A DNA stretch of 64,000 nucleotides, from contig JBHGNT010000003.1 in the NCBI GenBank assembly GCA_043228905.1, positions 24,552,001 through 24,616,000 on the forward strand. Reading direction: 5' to 3'. Position 1 is the first letter of the stretch. Each line of letters starts with the position of its first letter. Of the stretch, positions 47,027 through 60,373 are shown one piece after another. Made by a program: the position numbers and the translations under genes. A model generated the notes under the pieces. That model was given only the letters and a program-made list of their open reading frames with translations. It was not told the DNA's origin and ran no database searches. This DNA comes from Azolla caroliniana. Lineage: Eukaryota; Plantae; Polypodiophyta.

Positions 47027-50000
47027 TGTCGCGTTGCTACGTGCGTGCGTGGAGAAGGGTGGGACCACGGGGGTCTTGGACTAAGGAGTAGAGGAGAAGG
47101 AATCGGACATGGAATGGAAGCTTTGCTCAAGAAGAAGAAGAATGAACAAGAGATTAGATCGAACAAGAGGAAGATGGAGACAAGATGATCAACAAGATGT
47201 ATTAAAACGAAATGAACGATTACAAAATGGTGGCCGCATAGGCCACACCAAACGACTACTCGAAACCCTAACCGACGAAGATGAAGATAAAGATAAAGAA
47301 ACCCTAACCCTAACCCTAACGCTCGACCTATGTGGTATACCTCGCACACTCAAAATAGGCAACCCCCACAATGGTGCCTTCCCTCTCCTTTTATAGCACA
47401 AAGAGGGAAGACCGTTTACAAAAGTGAGACTAAAATATCCCCTTTCATTCAAAGGGGATATTTGCCTTCATTTGGGGAGGGTGAGAATAATGGCCCCTTA
47501 ACTCCCACCTCCACACAAACAACTAGGTACCTATGTACCGCATAGTACCTCTCTCTCTCTCGCGCGTGGATGTGCGCACAAGACCACATCACCTTTATAC
47601 CTTAGGGATCCTATGGGGCATTTCTAGCACCATACACTTTACCCTTATTACTATTACAAATACATTATGTACGTGTGCAACGTTGCACATCGCTCTTTGG
47701 CTCTCGTTGCTCAGGTTTCCGCTTGTGGACGAAAATCTTCACGACATCCGCCCCCACCTAACCGCACATCCACCGGTATGTGCCAAAACATAGGGGAGAG
47801 AACACGAGATTTTCGGCCACAACAACCGACCGAGTCCTTAGAGTCCTCGTGGGCCCGCCCGGTTTTGTCTTCCACTTCGAGCAAGACCACCTCGTCCACA
47901 CGAACCACCGCCGCCTTCCGGTCCACCATCCTCGCCAAATGGTCTCGAACCGTCGGCGCCATCCGATCCACCACACTCGACGAAGTTCGCCGAGTCGTTG
48001 CCTCCACCCGATCCGCCACGTCCACCGTGGGTCCTTGAACCATCGACTACATCCGACTCGCCGTATCCGATGCCCGTGCTTTCCTCCCCGTTCGGTCCTC
48101 CCGAACGCCGTCGTCGACCCGGTTGCTCTTCCTTTGTCCGCCTCGTATATCCTCCGGATGCGCTCCCGGTCGCATGCCGGATTCCGCCCTTCGCGTGCCG
48201 CGCACCTCGGCGTGCCGACTCTCTCCGCTCCGCACTTGCCTTCCGTAGGCTTTCCCCGTATGTCGATGCTCTCCTCTGAATGCGTGCTCGTGCTTCGGTC
48301 CTTCAATGACCCCATCACGTGCTTTTCGCTTTCCCCTTGTTCACCGTGCTCTCTCGCGGTAGAGCGTGCCATAACCTCGTCCTTCTTCATGGCTCTCGTT
48401 ACCGCTTCGCCTCGATCCGCGCCCTCTTGGCCCTCTTGGCCTCGCATGTCCTTCGGGACATCGCGTTTTCTCTTCCCGGTGCGTAGCGCTCCGTTCTCCA
48501 CGCACCTCCTCCGTTTTCCTAGACACAACTCTCCGCTCATGCCGATCGCGCTCGGCCCATGTCGTCGATCTTGGTGTTTCGCCGCGCCGTCCTTCGTCCC
48601 GCGCTTGCCTCTTGAAGGCTTGACCCGACCGTCATCGTCGGTCAATCATTGTCGGCCATCAGCCGTATGCATGCTTGTGTCTTGGCCCTCCCCCGGTTGT
48701 ATTGCATGTGTCTCGTGTCGCGCTTCCGTCGTAGACCCGACCTCCGCGTCGGTCTCTAACTCCTCGCCGCCACCCACCGTTTCTTCGGTCTCCCTTCGAT
48801 CCGCGACCGTCGATGCCTCACGGATAGGTGTGGAGGGTTCCTCCCACTCTCGGTCCACCACCGAGTCCTCGCCTCTCAAAGGCTCAATCGGTCCACCGTT
48901 TCCGGTCACTCGTTGATGCTCCCCCAAGTGCATGCTTGTTCCTTGACCCTCCGCCGGCCGTAGTGCATGCTTCACTTCACGCTCATCCGTCGTAGACCCG
49001 ACCTCCGCGTTGGTCTCTTCGTCCTTCCCACACCGGGCATCCGCTCCGGTACCCGATTCCGCATTGTCTTCCAACTCCTCGCCGCCACCTGCCATCTCTT
49101 CGATCTTCCGTTGATCCGCAACCGCTGAAGTCTCAAGCATAGGTGTGGAGGGCTCCTCTTGCTCTCGGCCTCTCACCAACCTGTACTCGTCGTGCCCGGC
49201 TACGAATCGATCAAGCAATCTCGGTCTTGCCGGCTTCCTTTGGTTCGGGCCTGGTTGACCGGCCCCCGCTTCACTCTTCTTCCGCTCCGCCTCCCAGTCG
49301 GGTCGGATTACCGACCGGCTCATCTTTCGGTCGGGTCGGTTCCCGACTCGCTCCTCGATGCCGCTCCGGACCTCTCCTTCGGTCTTTTCGCACGTGCCCA
49401 CTCTGGGCCTCTCATCCTCACGGCCACCGCCCATCTCTCCGGTCTTATGTCCGCGCTCGGGCGCAACCGCCGAAGTCTCCGGCCCCGGTGTCGAGGGATC
49501 TTGCCTCCGTCCGCTACAAACCTCCTCTTCGTCATTTCGGTTGCCCGCCTTGCCGCCGCCACCGTCCGTCTCTCTAGGTCTCACACCGGCTCTTGGGCCG
49601 ATTGCTGGAGTCTCTAGGACCGGTGTGTGGAAGGTCGCGGCACCGCCGCTCGTCTCCTCTTCTTCCTCGGTTTCGCAAGCCTCGAGTATGCTCGCGAAAT
49701 CCTCGTAGAATGTTTCGGGCAACCGTGTCCCGAAACTTTCGCCCACTCTTGAAGTGGCGTCCATTGCTCCGTAGATATCGGCCTCATCCATGGCCGTCCT
49801 CTTTCCACAAGTTGAGAGGGTCGCTCGCTCCGCACCCTCTCCCACATCGTCGCCGTGGTCGCCCGCCTTGCCGCCGCCACCGTTCGTTACCCTAGGTCTC
49901 ACGCGGGCACTCGGGCCGGCCGTCGGGGTCTCTTGAACCGGTGCGTGTAAGGTAGCAACGCCGCCACTCGTCGATGCTATGCCCGTAGCCACCTCCATTC

Positions 50001-51722
50001 GAACATTGTCGTCTGTGGCTACCCCGCCTCCGTATATGCAAGCATCAATTATGCTTGCCGCCTCCTCTTCCACGGTCTCCATACCATTGTCTCGGTTGCC
50101 CGCCTTGCCGCCGCCACCGCTCGTCGCTCTAGGTCTCACGCCGGCAATCAAGCCGACCGCCGGTGCCTCTAGGGCCGGTGTGTGTAAGGTCGCGGCATCG
50201 CCATTTGTCTCCTCCTCACTCGATGTTTCGGGCCTCCATGCCTGAACTCCCTCATGTCCGCTCGAACCGGCGATCGCTGCCTCACCGTCCCCGACCTCAT
50301 CCTCAGTCGATCTTTCTCCGTATGTCGAGAGGGTGGCTCGCTCCGCAACCTCTCCCGTGGTACCGATGTACCATTCTCTTTCGGCCTCCTCATCCTCCGA
50401 TCCGCTCGGGCCCGACTCCGCAATAAGCCCTTCTTTGGCTTCGATTTGTGCCTCTACGATCTCGTACGCTTCCCGCACCAAGGCTTCGATGTCGAGCTCC
50501 TCCGAACTGATTTGCGTTGAGCTCTCTTCCGGTGGTAGTGCGTAGTCGGTCGCCACTCTCTCTTCTCCACCATTTGCGGGCCGTGTTGTGGCCGACCGCC
50601 TCTCATCGCATTGTATGCACGCCCATTCCACCTCATTCCAATCTTCGATGAGGCCATACGCCCCTTCATCGTCTTCGAGGTAGGGAAAAATGGTCATTCT
50701 CCCCCTTTCGTTGACCGACTTCAAGAATAGTGGGACCTTGTCCGCCCCCACCGATTCTTGATCCCGGACCGAAAGTTGGGAAAACCGGAGATCGAACTCC
50801 CGGAATGCCTTCATTGCGCTTCGAGGAGCCTTTGCCGACGACACCCATAGATCGAACTCGCGTCGATCGTACTTGTACGCCTCTTCAAGTCTTTCTCTCC
50901 TTCTTGCGTAATCCCTTGCCATTCTCGTAATTACTTCCGCAATGTCTCTGTCTTCCATCTCCTTCCTCCCTTGCCGCCTCTTCACGTCGGGTTCACCAAA
51001 TATGTCGTGTTGCTATGCGCATGCGTGGAGAAGGGCAGGACCACGGGGGTCTTGGACTAAGGAGTAGAGGAGAAGGAATCGGACATGGAATGGAAGCTTT
51101 GCTCAAGAAGAAGAAGAATGAACAAGAGATTAGATCGAACAAGAGGAAGATGGAGACAAGATGATCAACAAGATGTATTAAAACGAAATGAACGATTACA
51201 AAATGGTGGCCGCATAGGCCACACCAAACGACTACTCGAAACCCTAACCGACGAAGATGAAGATAAAGATAAAGAAACCCTAACCCTAACCCTAACGCTC
51301 GACCTATGTGGTATACCTCGCACACTCAAAATAGGCAACCCCCACAATGGTGCCTTCCCTCTCCTTTTATAGCACAAGGAGGGAAGACCGTTTACAAAAG
51401 TGAGACTAAAATATCCCCTTTCATTCAAAGGGGATATTTGCCTTCATTTGGGGAGGGTGAGAATAATGGCCCCTTAACTCCCACCTCCACACAAACAACT
51501 AGGTACCTATGTACCGCATATTACCTCTCTCTCTCTCGCGCGTGGATGTGCGCACAAGACCACATCACCTTTATACCTTAGGGATCCTATGGGGCATTTC
51601 TAGCACCATACACTTTACCCTTATTACTATTACAAATACATTATGTACGTGTGCAACGTTGCACATCGCTCTTTGGCTCTCGTTGCTCGGGTTTCTGCTT
51701 GTGGACGAAAATCTTCACGACA
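47027..51722 (-). mobile_element. Non-autonomous Gypsy-lineage LTR element without pol (Gypsy-B)
   Basis: 720-bp LTRs at 47027-47746 and 51003-51722; 4-bp TSD ACGT; tRNA-Trp PBS at 50981-50998; PPT region identical to Gypsy-A (TCCGCCCCCACCTAACCGC). Confidence 0.93.
47758..50958 (-). CDS. Gag-derived protein with long acidic repeat extension (one in-frame TGA at 48646-48648)
   Basis: N-terminus aligns with Gypsy-A Gag (REFDLRFSQLS..KVPLFLKSVNERGR..GLIEDWNEVEWAC vs REFEENFARLS..RVLLFVKSVDERDR..GLTADWAAVKRAC), followed by E/G/T-rich repeats. The downstream 295-aa ORF is in the same frame. Confidence 0.7.
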
Positions 51723-53439
51723 ACGTTACACCGTTTTTTCATACATGTTTACCATACACACCAAATCTTTATGACATACAAAATGTGCCAAAGAGTATAT
51801 TTACAGATAAAATGTATAGATATTATTCGGACTCTAACCAACTTCATGATCTCCCAACGACACTATATCCTCAATCTCCTCTTCAAGTTTGGGATGACAG
51901 AGTGTAAGACCCTCTTGACCGAAACCTCAAATTGGATGCCGACTCTGGCACCACATAGTGTGAGCCGACATACTATTGATAACTTGTCGGAAGTCTTATC
52001 TACCTCATGATCACTCGACTCGACCTCGGCTATCTGGTCGGGTTCCTTAGTCAATTGATGCAAACTACATGTGATATACATTTAGATTTTTCTAAGTGAG
52101 TGTTACGATACGTGAGTGGAACGATGAACTATGGCATTCTCTACAAGTCGACCACATAGATTCGACTCGAAGGGTACACTCATGTTGACTGGGCCAACTA
52201 CAAAGTGAATCGATGATCAACATCCGGATTCGTCTTTTCCCTCTGTAGCATAGCCATATCTTGGAGCATTAAAAAGCAACCAATAATCTCACTGTCGAGC
52301 ACAGAGGTTGAATAGAGGGGTGCGGTCGTGGATGCATGTGAAGCCATATGACTCAAAAGGATTCTAAAGGATCTGGACGTCTCCATCAAAGATCCAATCC
52401 TCCTACACTACGACAACATGAGTAGTATTCACCTGGCTCGGAACCCAATTTTCCACACTCAAACTAAGCACATTGAGGTGCAATATCACTTCATCTGAGA
52501 ACATGTGTTGACCGGAGATGTAGACCTACAACACATCAGTACGAACCTGCAGATGACCAACATCTTCACGAAGGCCATGGGAGCCGACAAGCTACGATAG
52601 TTCATGACGAACCTGAACTCTTGACTGACAACCAGCTAAGCTTGAGGGGCAGTGAGGAGTATCGCTTGACACGGGGCCCAGACAAAAAGGAGATGCGGAG
52701 CCAGGCAAAGTAGAAGAAACACAAAGAAAGAAGTAAGCCAACCATCAAAATCAAAGCCGGATCTGGAAACCAGACCAATCTGGACCCAAGCCAACTATCC
52801 GGCAATCGGAAGTTGTGTTTAAAGGGGAGTGTTGAGAATCAAACTCAACTTCCCTAGTGTGGGAACACCCCTTAGGAATAACCAAGTGTGTGAACACCCC
52901 ACTACTTTGTATCTTAACTAATGTGTCATAAAAGTTAGTCCTATGACACATAATTAGTAGGTAGTTAAGTCTCCACCTCTTTCCCAAGAGGTAGTTGTAG
53001 TGAGAGAATACAGAGAAAAATAACTACATAAGCACCTTCTCCTCTTCTTTATAATTGTTGGTTGTGTTTTTTTTTTGTTAATATACAATTTTCTAGTTTT
53101 CTGTATATTAGGTGCTCTCTCTCTCTTTTTCTGTTTTTTATTGTAATTACCCAATTTCCTCACCTTTACTTCATATATATCTCTTAATTCACCAGATGTC
53201 ATTATGGAATGTAGGGGTTGAACCCATGACCACCTGGTCTCCATCTGGGCCTCTCTCTCTCTCTCTCTCCTTAGTACTAATAGTACATGAGAATCATGCT
53301 CTTCTTGTGTTTTGGTTAAATTAGTAGATCATCCAGGTAGATGATCAAATAGGTGTCACGACACAGTGACATGAAATACATAGTTGGTGAGGATTGAACC
53401 TAAACCTTGACATCGACAAGAACTCTCTCTCTCTCTCTC

Positions 53440-55238
53440 CCATCATGGTTGGCTCATTAATGGCAAAACTATTTGGATGTATAATGGAATCAAAGATAAG
53501 TGTATGGGCAGAAAAAAATGGTAAGAGAGCTTATGGACAAGCTGGTTTTCGAAAACACCATAGCACCATTGATCATCTTGTCATAATGGAGGAAAGTCGC
53601 CTTAGAGGTAAAGGTTTATATTGTTGCTTTCTAGACTTCAAGAAAGCTTTTGATATGGTACCTCGTGAGCATCTTTGGAGGCGGATGAAAGAACTTGAGG
53701 TGCCAAGTGAATATATGCTTGCAATTTCCCGAATATATGAGAAGGTTATATGTTGTGTGCGTATGAGAGATAGACTTTCAAATTTTTTCAATAGCACTAT
53801 TGGTGTTAAGCAAGGATGCCCACTCTCACCAACATTATTTGGTCTATGCATTGATGAATTAAAAGAAATGGTTACCAAGTTTGTAAAGGAAGAATGTGCT
53901 GAAGAAGTTGCCATTGGGAATGTTGTGATTATGCTTTTGTTATATGCGAATGATGTAGTGCTTTTTGCAAATACTTAAGGAGATGCACAAAAGTTTATGA
54001 AGGTGTTGGAAAAAATTTGCATGCATACTAGATTAAGTGTCAATAGCTCTAAAACAAAGATTATGCTTGTGAAGAGTCAAAAAAGAGATAAACCATGCAT
54101 TATGTACAACAATGAGCCACTTCAATGTGTGGAAAGCTTCAAATATCTTGGCCTTGAAGTTCCTTCAAATCATAAATGGAATGAATGTGCTACACGCCGC
54201 TTAGAGGCGGGTAAGTGAGCATATTATGCATTTGAGAACACATGCAATCTTGGAGATATTAAGTGTTGGGTCCTCAAGAAATATCTTTCTGACACTTTGG
54301 TGACCCCGGTTCTTCTCTATGGGGTGGAAGTATGTGGTAGTAGCATCCTTAAATCTACGTGGAAAGAGTTTGAAAATGTCCAAAAACATTTTCTTACAAA
54401 GTTTCTACAAGTTAAGAACCAAACGCCCTACACCCTCCTCCTACTCCTTGAGACGAGATCTCTTCCCATTGAGATCATGGCCATGGAAAGGGTTGTTGAA
54501 TACATGCATAAGGTTCAAAACAAGCCCCTCACATCGACTTCCTAGAATTGCATGGAAAGCAAGCAAAAGATCCAAAAGACGCATAAAAGCAAAATTTTGT
54601 GTTCCGGTTGGATGCAAAATTTGGAAAAATGGTTTGGTAAATGGGATGCAAGACACTTGTTTCATGATGCGTCACTAGATTCCTCTATAAATGAGGCCTT
54701 TTTGCAACGCCAATGTATCATGACATGGGACAAATGTGGTGGCTTACGCTTCACACATTATACTACAAATGTTGCACCTAACTACAAAACCATATTCTTC
54801 GCGGAACGGGGATGTTGTACACATCGATACATGTTAGAGCCCATCCCGATATCTGCCATTTGAACCATTGCTTCCATGCGACTTAGCTCGCACGCATTGA
54901 GATGTGAGATGGGGCGTTGGGGCACAAGTGATGAGAGTGGCCGACTATGCACACTTTTCCCTAAACAAGTTCAAGAGTCTGAGTATCACACTTTGATACA
55001 ATGCTCTACCTTTGATCATATTCGACCAAGCTTTCCACATCTCTTCGATCGAGCCCAATCCTTGCATGAATTTCTCTCACAACCACGATGTGCACTCTCG
55101 ATTGCAACATTCATTGGTAAAGTTCTTGAACATCGAGAGTCACTACTCACCTTCACACGTATCACGTGAAATATAATATTTTTGGTCTCATAGGTCATAT
55201 TTGACCTCCGAAGATGATAATATAATCTATCTATCTAT
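53440..55238 (+). mobile_element. 5'-truncated non-LTR retrotransposon (RTE/RTEX-like) with (TATC)n tail
   Basis: RT motifs QAGFR, DFKKAFD, GVKQGCPLSPTLF, LYAND and FKYLG; C-terminal RLSSHALRCEMGRW..RLC..ESEYHTLIQC; several stops; ends ATCTATCTATCTATCT inside the (CT)n of the Copia-2 LTR. Confidence 0.85.
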
Positions 55239-56084
55239 CTCTCACTCACTCACACACACATATCTTCCGTTGCACAGAATCACACTCGATTATTTACACC
55301 TTTCATATATAGAAAAATGGGACATTACCATAAATGGACTAAGGCACAAAGCTAATGTGGGTACGAGTTACTCACATTGAAACTTAGGATATCACCAAGT
55401 TTATCAAACACACCATGCAAATACTTCTCACAAAATTGGAAAATTGATCACTTAACATATTAAACATTAATTGTTACCCGACAAGAAGAAATGGAGATAC
55501 AAAATGGAAACGGGGACTTTGTAATTAGACCATGAGACCATGAAATTGACTCAATTCCCAACTATTCCATATTTATTCATCTTCCCAATGTCTTGGATAA
55601 TGTTATGCATAGGTTTAATACATTGTGGCTCTAAATTGGTCTTGTAAACCTTTGTCTGCAATGACCATGTGTGGTTGTCACATTAGGACTACCATCGTGA
55701 CACTATTTTTTCCTTTGTTGAAAATGCATCCTTCCTTAAACACGATAGAAAATCTTTTAAGAGAGTGGTTATGTCTTCCTAGGTGGTTGATAGCCCAACC
55801 ACTTGATTAGGAATGTAACTATGATGTGTTTATTTGCAATACAAGTTTAAGATAGTTCTAAATTGTGCCACAATGTTATGGTCCAATTATGGTATGGATA
55901 GATTCATGTGGCATTTGTGATGCATGTTCATATATTACAATACAACTATATGATATTGATCTCATTTGGCATGAGACTATTATGATTTGTGGTGCAGCGC
56001 ATGTATGCTCTCTTTTTTCTTTTTCTTTTCCCCCAAAAAAATTCCTTCCATTAGTTATAAAATTTTACAAATGCGATTATTATG

Positions 56085-59000
56085 TACAAATCCCTGTAGG
56101 GACGCGATAGTTCCATCTTATGTGGATGCCCACTGACTCAAGAAAGGGAGAGGACGACCATTGTTGGATGAAGGCCATTCGTTGTCTTTCAATTCCATCG
56201 GAAGCGCCCTTGAGGCCATCATATTAGCTCTTTAGAGTGGCTACAATTTCACTCCATATCTCTTGCAGTAACATTGTTGGATGCGCGGTTAGGTTGGAGA
56301 AGACCCGTCTACACCGTTGTTTCCATAGAATCCAAAGAGTTATTGGGCTGACCAATTCCACCACAACTTGAGATTTGTCATTAAGAGGAGTTGAGTGGAC
56401 ATTGCCGATGGTGGAGAAAAAAACTTCTTGTGCTTTTATCACCAAAGTCATGCTCGTATTTGCTAACCGGGGTCTGCCATGATAGCCAACATATATTTCC
56501 CCACTTGATTGAGCCTTGCACATGGCATAATTGCAACAAGCGGCCAACCCCCCACCATATTCGATAGGACGTTGGGCAGACCCATAGAGCGTGTCTTATT
56601 GATTCTACTGCATCTAAACACTCTACACAATTGGGAGAGCTAAGGTTCCCACGTTGCCATGCTCCCACCGGTAGTGACTTATGTATTAATAGCCATTGGA
56701 ACGTGGTAATTTGCCTCGCGTGTTCTTGTTTCTAGATTTTCTGTCAAAACTTGGTGATAATTGAGTGAGGAACTTGATATGCGTGCCAAACCTTTGCAGC
56801 AACCAACTCTCGGGCGGTTTGAGCAGCTAGAATGTGGCGATCCAATCTAGTTGTGAATTGGAAGAAAGGGATGGGTTTGCTTCCTTGGCCCGTGTAAGGA
56901 TCATGCCATGTCCATTGCAAAGGGTCCCAACTGACCTTACATAGTCATGTGTTTTCATGAGTACATATGTGCCAATCGGGTTGTACTTTGATTGGATCAG
57001 GATCTACAATCCATTTATGACCAGTATACGCGAGTACTCAAATTGCGTTATTCTGTGTTGGTGTCTTAATGGCTCGCAATTCAGAGCCTTCGATCATGTC
57101 TGGTGTTCCCGTACCTCTCGGGATCAAAGATCCCTCCTCCTAATAGCCTATCCATTTCTCCATTGTCGTCCTTTGAGTAGCGGCTTCCCTAATCAGTAGA
57201 GCGTTGATGATTTCCAATCTCATAGTCCATCCGCCCCTGATTCCATGAAGTATGTTGGCTTGATCTTGTAGTGGCAATGACATAAACCGTATCCAACATT
57301 CTATACTTTTTCCTAGACCTTCTACAATGTATCCCCATGACAACCCCTTACTTGATCCAAGTAGTTGATTAGATTCATCCTTGATACATGGGTTCCATAG
57401 GATACGTTGGTTGAGCCAGGCAGGTTCGGAACTCGGTTGATCGCACTTGAGCCCTCGTCTAATTTCACACCATGCCTTCCACATGGATGCATTAAATCTT
57501 TCCTCCAATTGGCGGGAGAAACTAGGTTTGAGATCCATGTTTAGAATCCATCCTGTTTGGGGGGCCCAATTGACCCCTTTTCGTGGCCTAAAGTAAGCGA
57601 AACATAACCGCAGTAGCATTTTCCAACAATCATTTCCTGGTTGGAGTCCTCACACCACAAATTTGGCAAGTAAGGCTTTTCATTGTGAGAGGGGATCAAT
57701 AAGACCCAATCCCCCTCTAGACATAGGTGTTGTGAGTATAGGCCACGCTACCTTGGCACGAGTTACATGATCTTCCTTACCGGACCAAATGTAGTTGCGT
57801 ACCTGTCGTTGAATATGATGTATACTTTCCTTGGAGATTGTCCAACATGATTGATTGTACCATGTTGTTGCGAGTAGTACCTAGTTTTGCCACTATGATG
57901 CGACCCACCAGCGACAATTTTTTTGAACTCCAATGTATCAACTTTTGTCGAATGGAATGGATAACAGGTACAATCATAGTCTTCGGTGGTATGTTGAAAC
58001 CAATTTGGAAACCCAAATATTTGGTGCTCGCTCCTTGATTGATCCATTTGAAAGCGAGATGTGGGTGCCACGCAGGATGTGTTTCATGAGAAAGCCATAT
58101 TGCACAGGATTTGTGCCAATTGATCATGGCATTGGAGCTCTTGCAAAATACGGCTAACCCACTTTCGAGCTTTTGTAGTTTTTCCAAGTCCCCTTGTAGG
58201 TAGACTGTTGTGTCATCTGCAAATGCTATATCCAGGATGCTTTGGTGAGAATGAGGCACGGGAATACCACGTAGGTTGAGATGTTGCGAGTTGAGAAAGC
58301 AAGAGAGTGCTTCGGCATATAATAGAAATAAGGATGGAGCTAGTGGGCATCCCTGTCGTATAGATTAGGATATTCGAAAAAAGGGGGCCCTTTCACCTAC
58401 AAGTGAAACGCAACTGTTGCCGTTCCTATAAAGTCCGGCAATGCCTTTGATCCATGTCTCTTGAAAGTTGAGTTTCCCCATCACACTTTCGAGAAAGTTC
58501 CAACATACCCTGTCATATGTTTTGTCAAAATCTAGTAGCACCACTGCCACCTTGTTGTTGGTATGCTTTGCTAGGGCTATTGCTTCCCAGAATGAGAAGA
58601 GGTTGTCTAGGATGCTCTGATTTCTAACAAAACCTATCTGGGATGGATGAATGAGTTGAGGGAGAAATGGTGTTAAACGGCGTGCCATGATTTTTACAAG
58701 CAACTTATAGATAGTATTGAGAAGAGTTATGGTCCGCCACTTGCTAATGTCGTTGGCACTCCCACCACTTTTAGGAATGAGATGTATCATCCCCTGTCCA
58801 AATTCCTCCTGCGTGTTTCCAAAGGTGATGATCTCCTCATATGCCTAGAGGAGGTCTTCTTTAATAGTGTCCCAAAGGCATGTGAAAAAGTGAGGGGTGA
58901 GGCCATCAATTTCGGGGCAACTATCTGCATCCAAATCAGAGAGGGCCTCCCATATCTCGATGATTGATAGGGGACGCACAAGCCATGTATTCATTTCCGT

Positions 59001-59590
59001 CGTGACTTTCTCGGGTATGCTTTGGAGGATAATATCTTCTCTTATGTCTTCCCATGTGGCCATAGTATCTTCGGTAAGTAGGCGCTTATAGTAACTTGTG
59101 GCAATATTCCTAATTTTGTCGCCATCCTTAGTGGTTGTTCCATCCTATTGGTTGAGGTTGCGCATCATTGTTCTAGCGTGCCTCAGGCCTTTGGAGTGGA
59201 AGAATTCCTTCATGGTTTTATCCCCTAGTCGAATCCATCGCGCCATGCTTCCATGAAGTTACTCCATGTCGTATATTTCCTTTTCTGCCATGTTGAATTC
59301 ATGTTTGGCCATGGCAACTTATCCTGCAATCCAACTACATGACGGGTATCTCTGTTGGAATCGTTGTAAGGCTATTAGCCCCCGTTTTGTCCTATGTCGC
59401 TTTTCCTGAGCATCCTTGCTTCTGGTCTTGACAATCTCATGTGGGAGAGTTGAAGCTCTTGTTAATTTAGCTAGAAGTTTGTTATATGTTGATGAGTCAT
59501 TGAGGGGTAATGACCATTAGTTGGAGAGTTGTTCCTTCACCTCTATAACTGTGTAAATAGTGTGCGGGATGCGAGGATGGAATAGGCCTA
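56085..59590 (-). mobile_element. Degenerate L1-type LINE ORF2 (RT + zf-RVT)
   Basis: Fragments WRTITLLNTIYK, LDFDKTYDRV, FADDT, KYLG, CVEC..ESIRHALWVC and LWILWKQRC, with many stops and frameshifts. Confidence 0.88.
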
Positions 59591-60373
59591 TTATGAAATA
59601 AGATATAGGACATGATGGTGAGTGTATATTTCTCTTGTCACTGCTTCCTTCTTGCATTGCTGACCTTTATGTACTTTTTGTTGGTCTCCCGTGGTGTTAC
59701 AAATTAAAATACTCATTATAATATTTAGATTAAGAAAATAATTATCTAAGGCTACGAAACCACACTAACCACCCCCAAGCGAAGGATAAAAGACTAGCAA
59801 AAAGTCAAGTTTATTTATTTTTATTTACTATTAAAAGGTGTCATGAACTTAATCATTGAGGGTGATAAGAAGCATTATTAAGAGGAGCTTATCATTTGGA
59901 AGAAATTTTGTCATAAACATTTGTAATTTGGCCTCCAATTTTGTTGTTGTTTAGATCTACCCTCATTTGAGATAGATCTAAGGCATAGTTCAATAGTTTT
60001 AAATGAGTTTTTACATCTACCCTTATCTTGGTCCATGTTGACGTTGATAAGAATCTCATCATGGAAGTTAATACATTTGATTTTTCACTAGAAAGTGTTT
60101 TATCACATGTTGGAGATGATAAGAAATCAAATTCATTTGTGCACATTTGAATATGCAAAAATGAATTATGGGATTCATGACAATTGAAGAAACATTTTAT
60201 GCATAGTTTAAGGACACTATATATAAGCTACTTTTTTCTTCACTTATTAGTAAAATGTTTTTGGCTCCCACTCATATCCTAGTCATAACCTCGAGCGTAT
60301 TAGTGTACATCCCTAACCCAAGGTACATGCTATATGTGACTATATAGTTATATGGCATGCATATAGTTCACAT

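Larger units (their letters stand above)
30082..55298 (+). mobile_element. Copia-2 (related to Copia-1), internally deleted, hosting a 25-kb nest
   Basis: 5' LTR 30082-30420, PBS TGGTATTAGAG, gag ~30580-31250. RT C-terminus/RNase H at ~51830-52640, PPT AAAGGGGAG, and a 3' LTR at 52830-55298 interrupted by insertions at ~53127-55238. Flanks CCGTT / CCTTT match at 4 of 5 positions. The two halves could come from different copies. Confidence 0.7.

Noticed and set aside
48640-48655. Programmed stop-codon readthrough between the two Gypsy-B ORFs
   Set aside because: The context CAA TGA TTG lacks the CARYYA/CUAG readthrough motifs, and the homologous repeat has CGA here; CpG decay is simpler
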